A stretch of 64,000 bases of DNA from Octopus sinensis. Taxonomy: Eukaryota. The notes under the pieces were generated by a model. It was not told where the DNA came from, searched no databases, and saw nothing but the letters and a program-made list of their open reading frames with translations. Each line of letters begins with the position of its first letter. The first letter of the stretch is position 1. The position numbers and the translations under genes are program-made. The stretch covers positions 73,966,001 to 74,030,000 of the forward strand of contig NC_043008.1 of the NCBI RefSeq assembly GCF_006345805.1, in the 5' to 3' direction. Positions 1-11,514 of the stretch are shown one piece after another.

Positions 1-1399
1 CCATTTCGAGTTTGTAAAAGATCATAGTATAGTTTGAACGTATATATTGAAATGTTTCAAAATGTGGTTTTTAGATGTGGTAAATTTAAATATCTATCAC
101 TACACGTCAAGAAATATCATTGTATTTTGCCGTGTCCTATAGTTATGAACAACATGCAACCAGGGCATGCACATAACTTCAGATGCTAAACCGTACATAT
201 ATACATAGGTACATATATACATGTGTGAACGCGCACACGCACACATACATATATAGATATACATAAACGTTGGCTATTAATATCATTGTGTCAAATTTTC
301 ATACAGTAAAATGTTATCGAAGTCTGACGGTACGCATATTATATTTAACATTCAGTATAATGTATTACTATTTTAATGCAGTTTGTAATAGTCTACAATT
401 GGCCAACAAGATGTAAGTTAATATGGTATACAAATTTGCAATAATATATGCAATATATTGCATATATTATTAGACATTGATATATACATGAATTTCAAGC
501 AGGAAGACGCTAGGATGTCATCACATCAATTGCAGGAGTATCGTTTTTATTCTGAGCATATCACTTCAATCTACCTTATCTCATTTTCTCATCTTCTCAG
601 AAGCAGTTGGTAAAATACATAATTTGAGAATGTTACCATTGGTAAACTGACATCCGCCTTGTTTTTGCATCACATGACTAAAACCAACCACCAACTTCTA
701 AAAGTCGTTCGAAATATTTGACGTTATGATAATTATGACTACAAATAACTAGGTATCATTATATGCCATACAATACAAACTGTGTAATGACTATCAAAAT
801 TAATCTGATCAGTTTCAGACGAAAATCTTACTTCCTTCGAATATACTAGTAAAGCAATAGTGATAAACCGAAGGAACTGATAAATAGTTACAGTTTAATA
901 TGTTGTCACTGTTTTAAATCGATGTCAAAAAGTAATCTCAATTTGATTTTTATCGTAGCAAGAAATGGAAATGTTTATCTATTAATGATTGTTAAATATG
1001 TAATTAAGAAATATAAAGGTAAAACATTAATTAAAACAAAGGTTCTTAGATAAAACCGAAGCGAAAAATTGATCAGAGTGTTAATTAAGATGTGTTTTTA
1101 TTACATTCCGGAAACGCTTGTGATTAAACCATATTTCCTAGTCTGATAGAGCGTTAGCAATAGAATCCGTGTCTATTTGCTTAAATCTGTTGTTATAGAT
1201 TATATCTACTGGGAATGTAAAGTATAATTTGGTTGGCAGTACCAATAACTAAATTTGTTACTAATTGGTTTCGGCTTATGAGATGAAAGCGTTGACAGTT
1301 TGCATGAAAGAAAAAAGATAATTCAATATCCCTTTCAAAAATATATGTATTTTTGAATTATCAAAAAATTATATCTAGGTTATGGCACGGAAATATCAT

Positions 1400-1770
1400 T
1401 TTACTCAAAGCAGCCGCCCTTAGCTTCCACTACGGCTTCAAGATGGCTTGGGAAAGTGATACATGCCTTAATCTCTACGTCTTTGGGAACATCTTCAAAT
1501 ACTTCCTTTAACTTGGTCACTAGCTCCGACTTGCCACTGCAGGCAGAGCGGTTGGTGTGTTTCTCAAATTTGCCCCACACATAGTAATATTCAGTAGCTT
1601 TATATTTACAATATTCTTTCGCAGTTTTACCTTGCGTCTGAATTGAGTTTAGGACTTAATTCAAACTGCTATGTTCAAAGATTTGGTAATGAATTACGGC
1701 GTGCGGGCGCTGTCAGACCGCTTGCTGTAGTCCTTCCTGCAACCCACGGCTCCGTAGTTCCGTTGCAGGT
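1400..1770 (-). mobile_element. Tc1/mariner-superfamily transposase C-terminal remnant
   Basis: Minus-strand translation gives ...YYYVWGKFEKHTN...KSELVTKLKEVFEDVPKD..KAC..FPSHLEAVVEAKGGCFE*, with EPWVAGR and a frameshifted DSAP(A)H-like motif upstream. This matches the end of a mariner-type DDD domain. Confidence 0.6.
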
Positions 1771-4700
1771 GTCCCTGTCACATCTTACAGCCTTTACAAT
1801 GTTCACAGACCATTGAGTAGTAGTCAGATGTCGGCATTCTGATACCTGCTGCAAAATTTGTTACTGGTAACTGTTTTCCATTATTTAGACGGCTTCTTGT
1901 CCGCTCTGTCAGCTAAATTGTTCTCAGCTATATCTTCAATCCTTGTTTTCCAACGTCGTCCAATCTTCCCATATACATCGAGCTGTTCCTGAAAAGAGGA
2001 GATATAAACAATAACCAAGCTTAGTCTGAAACATTCTGTATAGAGAGATTGATAGACATTCGTAACTTATCCTTATCATATAATGCATACACATATTAAG
2101 ATACTTAAACACAAATACAATGACATATTGTCAATTGTATTTATATTTAGTTTATATCTTTCAGTGGCTCCAATAACAAGACATTTTCTCTGGGGGTTGT
2201 GAGAAAGATAATGAGGTAATTTAAACGAAATATTTATTTAATGTATATTGCGGACTAAATTTTTTTTTCTTAGTATTTATTGTTCGGAACAGAGAGTGTA
2301 TACTTAAAGAAACGAAAAACAAGATGATGACTTGAAATAAGCATAAAATACGCCTAGCCACAATGAAAATCTGCAAGAGCTTAAGATGCTACAAGTTCTT
2401 ATGGTAACCAAAGCTACTGTTTGAGACCTTCCTTCTATCTTAAGAGCAGTTCACACCTCAGACTGTACGTTTCACCTACATCGAGCAACAAGGACAGAAT
2501 TAGCCTTCGTCTACAGAAGGGTTCCGGTTACGGCCTATCATTAAATACAACATCATTTAGCTGTTGTAGCTTTCTTCATTCCGAACCAATCTTCCTCGGG
2601 AAATAGCGCTCCTATCTTGCTGTGAAACTATGGCAGTTAACATCAGTAGCAATGAGACTGCATGCCATCCCTATACAAGAGACTCATCAACCAAATGCTA
2701 GTATTTGTCTACCGGCAACTGAAACATACCGACATTTTGTTTCATTAGTAACCTACGCATTGATTAATGGAACACAACACAACGCTATATATGAATCATA
2801 TTTAGATCCAATTTGAAATGATTTATGTGACGCTTGTAGTTTCTTGAAAGCCTTCAGTATATTACTGGTACTTATATTCTATACTTCTTAAGGGAGAATA
2901 TAAAAAATAAATTTACAGTATAATAGCGTATAAAACTGCCTTAAAAATAAAACAAGGAGTAGGGTATTCAATTCAGAACTTACTTTTCTGAAAATAAAGC
3001 ATGGCGTGTATATGAAATAATACTGTCTGCTGCTTAATATGGTAAGTAAATATGAAGTGTCAGTGGAGTGCGCTCATCGAGACTTTTAGTTCCCATTCGT
3101 AGATTATTTCATTCACTTAGGCAGTAAATATTCATAACAAAGTCATGAAACACAGTATTTTATCCTTTTCCTCACTGTCACCCTTTCATTGTCTTTATGA
3201 AGAAATCAGTTTAGTTGTTTCTACCGTAGAGTCAATCTGGCGGACAAGGTATTCATCAGTGACAAATACGTATGACAATCTTTATATTCCCGTTTGTTAT
3301 TAAATCGATTCCAGGTTAGTGGTTAATGACCTTGACATTAGCATAAGGGTTAAATATTCATCCCACTTAATCGTTTTTATTTTAAATCTTCAATGGCATG
3401 TTATGAATCATGTCCGTAAATGGTGCCAAGTTCTTCCTGTGGAGGTCAACGTAAAGAACTTTCATTTTATCTGAATCATTCACAACATTTTCCCATCGTA
3501 GGGAATCAATTAAGAATCTATTGCAACCAATTTTTCTTTATCCATTGATTTAGTTAAAGTATTAGTGTTTAGGCCTCTAGCTACGAATATTTTAAGATGA
3601 CAAATTAAGAAAATTGCTTCAATAAAATAGGAGGAGATATTCTTTCTTTACCATTGTTAATGTAATCAATGGGAACAGCTGGAAATAGGAAACACAATAG
3701 ATAACTATATGTAAGAACCAGAAATCATCCAAATGGCTATTTATCATCACCTCTTTACAGAGCATATTCCGTCTGATTTCCTTGAACTCTCAATGTATTA
3801 GATACAAAATTTTAGTTAATAGACATCACTATTATTTCGCAGGCAAGTATAGATTATATTCTCACTACGTGTTTGCGATATGATTTTCTACCAAATTGAT
3901 CACGCTGTGAACTCATTTATTTTATTTCACAGAAAGCCAGGAACCCTAATTTTCGAAATTTGTTTCAGGCAAAATCGCCAATAAATATTTACCTTTTAAC
4001 TTGTAATCAATTACCAATGTATTTAGGAGCGCAGAGGTAGAAATCAATGACCTATATTTTCAAGATGTTGATTGCGTTTATTTTGCAAGCAATCAAAGAA
4101 TAAGTAGTGTTTACGGTAAGAGTGAGAGTCTCTCTCTCCCTCTCTCACGCACTCTCAAATATATACACACTCACTCTCAGCAGTAGAGGCTGACAGATGT
4201 GGTGTGTAGAGAGATACTAACCTGACTAGACACACAGTAGATTATTATAAATACAGTTCGCAGTATTCTAAATTCTGCACAGCCTGTATTTTATCGATTA
4301 CTTCAGACACTTGGTATTTGTTGATCATATACATGTGTGCATGTGTGTGTATACCCCCCCCACACACACACACAAAAGCACACACGTATATAGCCAGTAT
4401 ATTGTGTTAGACAATTTTACATTATGGAAATATTCTCTGAACTTATACTGACGACCATCAGAGACATTGTGACTATTCACTAAATATCTAAGTATCGTAC
4501 ATTCCAAATACAGTATATCACATAACCGTGAGATATACCATATCAGTTTGACAATGAATACATCATATAACGCACGTGAATATAACTTAGTTAGTCGCAG
4601 TTTATCCATATCGATTGGATAGATAAAACAGTTTATAATATGTTGACTAGAATGATACAACAGTTTATATTTGTTAATTGAATAGCAGCAGACTGAGCGC

Positions 4701-6489
4701 ACTTGCTTGTCTATAAATATTGATTGTACAGGCATAGCAGGTTGTAAATATTACTTCCAAAAACAAACCAGTTGTTTGATCCTCATGAACAAAAGTTTTA
4801 AATTTCAGTTTGAAAATCTCAGCAGTTTATAAAATGTTGATTGGATAAGCACTGCCGTTTAGACATTAACTATAGATGTGGACTAGCTTGTCACCCTTTA
4901 TTTTCTAAATGATTGTGAAGTAGATAATACGGATCGGAAACACACAGTGTATAGGGTGTTCAGTAATTATCTAAGGAGGCAATGCTGACAGAACAATCCC
5001 TGGATGGAAACATGAGACGAATATCACACGGCCTGTAGGAATTAACAATGTCAATGTTGATTTTATAGATATTATACAGATATATACAGGATTATACATT
5101 AACTACATCCCTACTGGTTAAGCAGATTATGATTTTGTTGATTGAGATGTTAAGCGAAATGTTATAGGTTCGTTTATTGGTATTGTCATTGAATTGTTTC
5201 TGTCACCACTTACGACATCATGTCCACCCAGGTCGATGCAGATATTACACATTGGCAGAACATTGTTAGATAGTGTTACGAACTACTTACGATGATAGAA
5301 CTAAATGGGTAACGAATAGATATCCTCATATAAATCTATTTAGGTAACCCCAGTCAAATAATTGTTATAAATAGGTATTACTGGTTGGGATCTCATAGCT
5401 ATATTGGTAGGTTGGTATATTTTGTGATACTAGTAATAATATTTATATTTGGCATCTACAAGAATGTAAAGGAGCATTGTGTCGTATGTCTAGCAGAATG
5501 TAAATGATATAACGGACTGAGGACAGCAGAAACGGTATAATAAATTTCGGTAATCACTGTGTTCGACAAGACTCTTCAAAGCGATCACCCAGCAGAGCCG
5601 CAGTCGAATGGATTATAAGGGTGCAGAGGGCAGCTGAGAGCGTGTCATTATAATTAAAGAAGGGGAACAATGAAAATTAGAGTGAAAATACATCCCAGGT
5701 AAATGTGTTAACAAAAATAATCTTTGCGTAGCTACATTGGGGTCTTGCATGGTAAGATGGATGACAGGAGCAAAAATACATCAACGATGCTGACCAAAGG
5801 ATTGGTGGACATTCATTGATAATATCAATATGGCTCGTATTTTATAGACAGGGGATTTATCACAGACAGAGGTTATTGCAATCCTGTTGATATTCAGTCA
5901 ACAAATAAGGAAAAGAATGATGCACTTTGCAAATGGTACATGTACTTACGCGCGCACACACACATATTCACACGACAGATCTGTATCTTCGTGATTTTAA
6001 CAGCTCCAATGGTTTGATCAATAGAATGACCTAAACGTTGAAATTAAACTGTAACTAGCTGAGTATTTCACAAACATTTTACTCTTAAATTAATATCCAA
6101 ATACAATCAATGTGACAGAATATGGTGTAGCTGGACCTTTCAAATAAAGCTGCCTTTCAACCGCCTAATTTCCATATATTTTTAGTTTTCAAATTGTCAT
6201 TGAACTAGGTCGAGTCATAGCTATTGAAAACGAGACTTTAAGCAAACATACTGCAGGTTCACCATCGAGAACTCGTATTGCAGTGCACACTGCTTAAATT
6301 TAAATTTAAGCAATTCTCTACACGACGCGCTCATACACATACATGACCATATACAAAAATATATACACATAAACATATATACACACAAACGCAAATATGA
6401 TTACATGTACTTACGTATACATAAATATGTGTTTATTCGCGCGCGTGCGGATGCGCACACACACAAACACACACTAACACACATATTTT

Positions 6490-7290
6490 TTATGTTTTTT
6501 TCTTTATGCATTTGAGACCAAAGGCGAAGTCCATTCTCGGGCAATCCGAGTATTATACAATTTTCACTACCTGTTCTTTTTGTGATTGACTTTTAATAAA
6601 GCTGGGTGTTCGATATTACTGCTCCCTTTTGAGTGTCTTGTCTTGGTGTAGGTTCATCTAGGACCTTGGACAGCTGGAGACCAAATTGTTTCGTTAAAAC
6701 AGCTATCCCTAGTTCATGTAGACCTCGTAGATGTTAAATAGGTGGAGGCATTTGAATCCCAAGTTATTGCAGTACATGGACTTCACTCTAGATGGGATGG
6801 CTGGAAAATTTTGGAACATTGCAGTGACATTCTGTTCGGGGGCTAGCATACCTCTTGATGCCAAAGTTGGTGCCAACACCGTTACGATCTTTCATGTATA
6901 TATCACCACATATCTCTCCCATTTTCGCTAGAGGTAGTTGAGTCGTGTCTCTTTAGGTCTCTCTTAGTAAATAAGCTCTTCCATTTATACAATTTTCTTC
7001 GTGTAGCGTCACCGTACTGCTTCAAGTTCCACTATTTATTTGACACTGTCGAGTGAACACAGTTCAGTGCAGTAACCCAGATGACCGAGGACAAGTGTCC
7101 TCCATAGGACTAGCATAGTTTCCCAGCCCTTTGTTCTGAAAATTCTCAGTATCCATCCGACCATTCGCGTGCGCATTTCCACCGTCTTGGTGATATGTAC
7201 ATGAAGCGAGGTGTCGCTGCCCATATTAATCCCCAGCTCACTCACTGTACTTGTCGCTGAGATTGACACAAGGTATTGAATCTTACATTG
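6490..7290 (-). mobile_element. CR1/Jockey-group LINE 3' fragment (post-RT region), decayed
   Basis: ORF 7036-7269: RMVGWILRIFRTKGWETMLVLWRTLVLGHLGYCTELCS, matching the CR1-type 'GWILRTF..R....ML.LWK.LV...L.YC..LWSP' region. It continues with stops into ELEAVQ.RYTKKI and a ..VLDEPT-like C-terminus. Confidence 0.75.
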
Positions 7291-8169
7291 TGTATAAACT
7301 CTATACTTGGAATGAACAATTTTAAATACTGTTGGATTTTTCTCGTAAGGTATTGGAATCTTACATATATACCATTCTGCCTAAAAAAATGGATCTACAA
7401 ATTCAATATCCCTACATATCTCACATCTATCAGTGACAGAAGTTACTGGAAAAACAATATATAAATATTTGCAAACAGGTCTCCCTTCATCGAAAACCGG
7501 TGATTGCCGTACACCGAAGACATACAAATACCTAGAAACTGCAGTCCGTGCGTATCACTTAGGTTTACGAGAGAGGGATGACCTCCCTTTGCAAATACCA
7601 TAAGAGCACAGAAAGTGTTCCTAAAGCCAGCTGGAGACGATGATCTCCTGGGGATAAAAGCTACAGTAACACCCACCCTTAGGGGTTAGCCATATTGAGA
7701 TGGCTAGTATACTTTACGTTGTCGAGCGGTTACTCTTTGCATCTCATTCAGAGATTTATTATTACTCTCTATTTTGTATCCTATTTAAATTAATTATTAC
7801 TTAACCATCTTCTCACACCGTCTCCGATGAAGGGATATAATAAATAAATATCCTGGAAATAGCTGTAAAACATTCTATCTATAAATGTTCTAATATCTAC
7901 ACAGCCTTGGTTTTTAATCACATTAGGCAAAAAATTCTTATATACACACACCGACATATGATCAACTTTGAACCCTTTATTCGCAAATAACCAAGGCCTA
8001 CACCCCTTAAGTGGCGAGACCCGTTGTATGTTCGAGTCAAGGTATAAAAGGCAACTCCCGATAACAGCAGTGGGGCTCGACAGCATATGCTGGTTCCGTA
8101 CCCCTTTCAGCAACGTCAATTCACTCATCCGTACACAAACACTCTCCAAGCTTTCCTATCATTAATTAA

Positions 8170-8172
<3 letters not shown>

Positions 8173-8232
<60 letters not shown>
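8173..8232. repeat. (TA)n microsatellite, representative of dozens of TA/CA/TG tracts in the window
   Basis: Directly visible. Similar tracts at e.g. 10860-10970, 22385-22610, 46125-46315, 61437-61504, 62895-63013. Confidence 0.98.
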
Positions 8233-8236
<4 letters not shown>

Positions 8237-8502
8237 CATACATACATACACGAGTCAGTAGATAAACGAAAGAAGCGCACTCACTACATTTATTGGGAGT
8301 TACATGTATAGATCAAAAAGGTTGGATTCAAATCCTAGTTACTCTCTGTTTCAAACCCGGGGCTAGTGTTCGGCCATTGGGGTCTGAATGTAAGATCGAT
8401 TGAATAGAGTCAATGTTTATTTCTTGCGATTGGACGAGAAATGTAACGCGGTATTAATGTCGGTATTATATTATTTTAGCGACAGCAGATAGATGGAAAA
8501 TA

Positions 8503-8571
8503 CCACATGGTGAACAGGAAATCGGCCACGTGGTGAACAGGAAATCTACCACGTGGTGAACAACATGTCGG
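8503..8571. repeat. 23-bp tandem repeat x3 (CCACGTGGTGAACAGGAAATCNN)
   Basis: Units start at 8503, 8526 and 8549. Units 2 and 3 carry the palindrome CCACGTGG; unit 1 has CCACATGG. Confidence 0.9.
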
Positions 8572-9059
8572 TTGTGTAGTTGAGGGAAGTAGGAAGGGGC
8601 GATGGATTTGGGGTTGTATGTGTATATATGTACATGTATATGCCCATATATCTGTGTGTATGCATCACACAGGCACGCACACAGGCACACACACATACAC
8701 ATGCACGCGTGCACACCTTTCTTCCCACGTACATAGGCACACAAGCACACGCGTACGTGCGCACACTCATGCGTGTACAGGAGTGTGCACGTCTATACAC
8801 ATGCATGTCTACGGATGCATACGTACATGGGCACAGACGCACTACTTGTAAGCCCGTGCACACTCATCCGTGCGCACGCATACGCTGAGCATATGCATAT
8901 GCGCACTAACGCACAAGCATGTGCGCATATACTCGTGTTGTCATGCGCAAGAGGTGATGTACAATGGATGAGAAAGTATGTGGGCAGACAAGCATGGGAA
9001 ATTCAAATTGTTAGTTTAACTTTACGGAAAACGAAAGACGTAGACAGGTGTAGAAACAA

Positions 9060-10871
9060 CAAGCAGGTGTACTAGTTTAACGCTTAGGCAAAATGGAAAC
9101 ATATTTTACGTTTCGAACCTACGCTCTCTGACAGAAAAAATTAAGAGGGGGAAAAAGAAGAGAATGAAGAAAACTGATATGTAAAACGTGTGCAGATTTC
9201 AGTGGTCCTACATGGCGAGATAGCTGGAAGAAAGCGGTTGAATGAAAGGGAGATAATAATAATAACGGTAATGGTTACCCCCAAAGAACTAAGGTGCAAA
9301 AACGTGTATATATATATATATATATATATATTGTCTGTGTTCAAGTATTATGTTCTTGTATGGGTGTAGGAATGTGCATGATTGTGTGTGGTGTGTTCTG
9401 AGTTAAACAGTGTCCGTGGCTGCTCGTACAGTATTATGTTTAATGACGCTATTGACGATTGCATGTGGATGTGTAGATGACGATGTGTGGTGTGGTTGCT
9501 GAGAAGTGGTCGGTGCTAGTGTATGTAGAGTAGGAAGGGGTTTGCGTGTGTGTGTGTGTCTGTGTGTGTAATGGTGTGTAAAGTGGGTAATGTGTTGAAG
9601 TGTGTATGGATGTTTGTATAGTGGTGTGTGTGTGTGGTGGGGTACAGAGTTAGGCGGTATGCTGGAGCGTAGGTGGAGGGGGCAGTTGAATGCTGGAGGT
9701 GTGTGGGAATATGTCTGGGATTGGTGTCAAATGAAGACAGGTAGGGATTTGAGCCCATATGACGCAAAGGAACGAAGAGAGAAGATTAATTCTAGTTCAC
9801 GGCGAAGACAGGAGTCCAGGTAGCCCCTGTGTAGAGACAGTCCGAATGCTGTTATTGGAGCGGTATGTGCAGGTGCGACAGTGTGGATGGGGGAAGGGGT
9901 AGGAGCCAGGCTAGGAAGAAATAAACTATACAAGAAGTCACGTAGGTTATGGGCTCATTTGAAGGAGGGAAGGGGTAGGTTAGAGAAGATGTGCGTGGTG
10001 AGGGGTTCGTATTAGAGTCACCGGAAGGTTCGGAGAATGGTGCGTTGGAGGGGTTGGTTGGAGGAGAGGTAGGTGAGGGGAAATGGGAGGTGGGTAAGGG
10101 TAGAGTGGGTGCAAAGCGAAAGAGCAGAGGTAGGGTTCACAGATCGCGCCCGGAGAAGAGTAGTGTGGATAATGGTTAGGGGATATCTACTTAGGACGAA
10201 TGGCGTGTCATAAGTTGAGACTGAGTCTGAAAGTCTTGGCCGTTAATGCAGAGCCTGTATAGACAGAGGAATCGGGTGTATGAGATGGAGAGGTTATTGT
10301 AGGTAGGGTGAAAGGAAGAGAAGTTAAGGTAGAAGTGGTGTGTGGGAGGGTTGGAGTAATGGAAGGGTGAAAGTGAGAATGAGGGGTGAGTGTATGGGGT
10401 GGATGGGTGTAGTTGCATCGGGTGGGACAAGATGATAGGGTGAGTGGATTTTAAGTTGTTTAGTGCGAGCGAGAAAGTCGTGGAAAAGTTGGTTTATGTT
10501 GAGGATAACGCATAAGGCGGGATGCGTAATGGACGGGGAGCAGCATCAAAAAAAGAAAAAGGCGAAAGGGACAAGGCGGTCGAGGGTGCGTAGTTTGGAG
10601 AGATTAGAACGAATGGTAGCACGCATAAGGCGGCAGGAAATGGTGAGGAGTATGGGAAAGATGTCAGAGGCAGAATGGAAGGTAGCGTTGAAATTGAGGT
10701 CGAAACCTTTGGGGATAAGGTAGTGTTGAGGGCAGCGACTGAGAAAGGAAACATGACTACAGAAGAGTATGCATTTTTAATATCAGCAGGGAAAGATTAA
10801 TGAAATGCTGAAAGCAGCGGAAAGGAAGCGTGTTAAGGTGTTTTTTAGGCAGTGGTGGAATATATATAATA

Positions 10872-10965
<94 letters not shown>

Positions 10966-11085
10966 TATATAAGTGAGAAAGTTGGTGTGTGAAAGCAAGT
11001 GTTGGATGTATAAAAAATAGAAAAGAGTGAAAAAACTACAGAAGGCTTGTTTTATAAGGTTAAAAAATATATTTAAGTCGTTATG
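9060..11085 (-). mobile_element. Penelope-like element, internally deleted (N-terminal domain joined to thumb/linker and GIY-YIG C-terminus; RT core absent)
   Basis: Minus-strand reading: HVSFLSRCPQHYLIPKGFDLNF (N-terminal, ~10750-10690); RFLCLYRLCINGQDFQTQSQLMTRHF..YP (~10290-10185); PLTTHIFSNLPLPSF..AHNLRD; HPHCRTCTY; RRELELIFSLRSFASYGLKSLPVFI*. Terminal region 9060-9300 holds a hammerhead-like remnant. Confidence 0.8.
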
Positions 11086-11115
11086 TTAGAAAATTTTTAT
11101 AAAATTTTGTATATA

Positions 11116-11511
11116 CTCTTTTATATGTTTCAGTCATTTGACTGCGGCCATGCTGGAGCACCACCTTTAGTCGAGCAAATCGACCCCGGGACTTATTCTT
11201 TGTAAGCCCATTACTTATTCTATCGGTCTCTTTTGCCGAACCGCTAAGTGACGGGGACGTAAACACACCAGCATCGGTTGTCAAGCAATGCTAGGGGGAC
11301 AAACACAGACACACAAACGCACACTTACATATATATACATATATACGACAGGCTTCTTTCAGTTTCCGTCTGCCAAATCCACTCACAAGGCATTGGTCGG
11401 CCCGAGGCTATAGCAGAAGACACTTACCCAAGATGCCACGCAGTGAAACTGAACCCGAAACCATGTGGTTGGTTAGCAAGCTACTTACCACACAGCCACT
11501 CATGCGCCTTA
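11116..11511 (-). mobile_element. tRNA-derived SINE, family A (complete copy)
   Basis: Reverse complement of the copy at 30857-31268: head GGCGCATGAGTGGCTGTGTGGTAAGTAGCTTGCT, internal (TA)/(TG) tract, tail ...GCTCCAGCATGGCCGCAGTCAAATGACTGAAAC. Confidence 0.9.
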
Positions 11512-11514
11512 TAT

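Noticed and set aside
1780-1990. Minus-strand splice acceptor at ~1990 followed by a 35-codon frame, or a piggyBac Cys-rich tail
   Set aside because: No recognisable protein in any phase, and the Cys spacing does not fit a CRD convincingly.
7400-7706. Possible PIF1 helicase C-terminal remnant (IQIPR..RFTRE..PFANTIRAQ) ending in CTAG|T
   Set aside because: Similarity is limited to a few residues across stops and the hairpin abuts CTAG without the usual spacer; not enough to call.
8503-8571. CRISPR-like appearance of the 23-bp repeats (also the 17900-18290 minisatellite)
   Set aside because: Units are contiguous with no unique spacers, the context is eukaryotic, and there are no cas genes.
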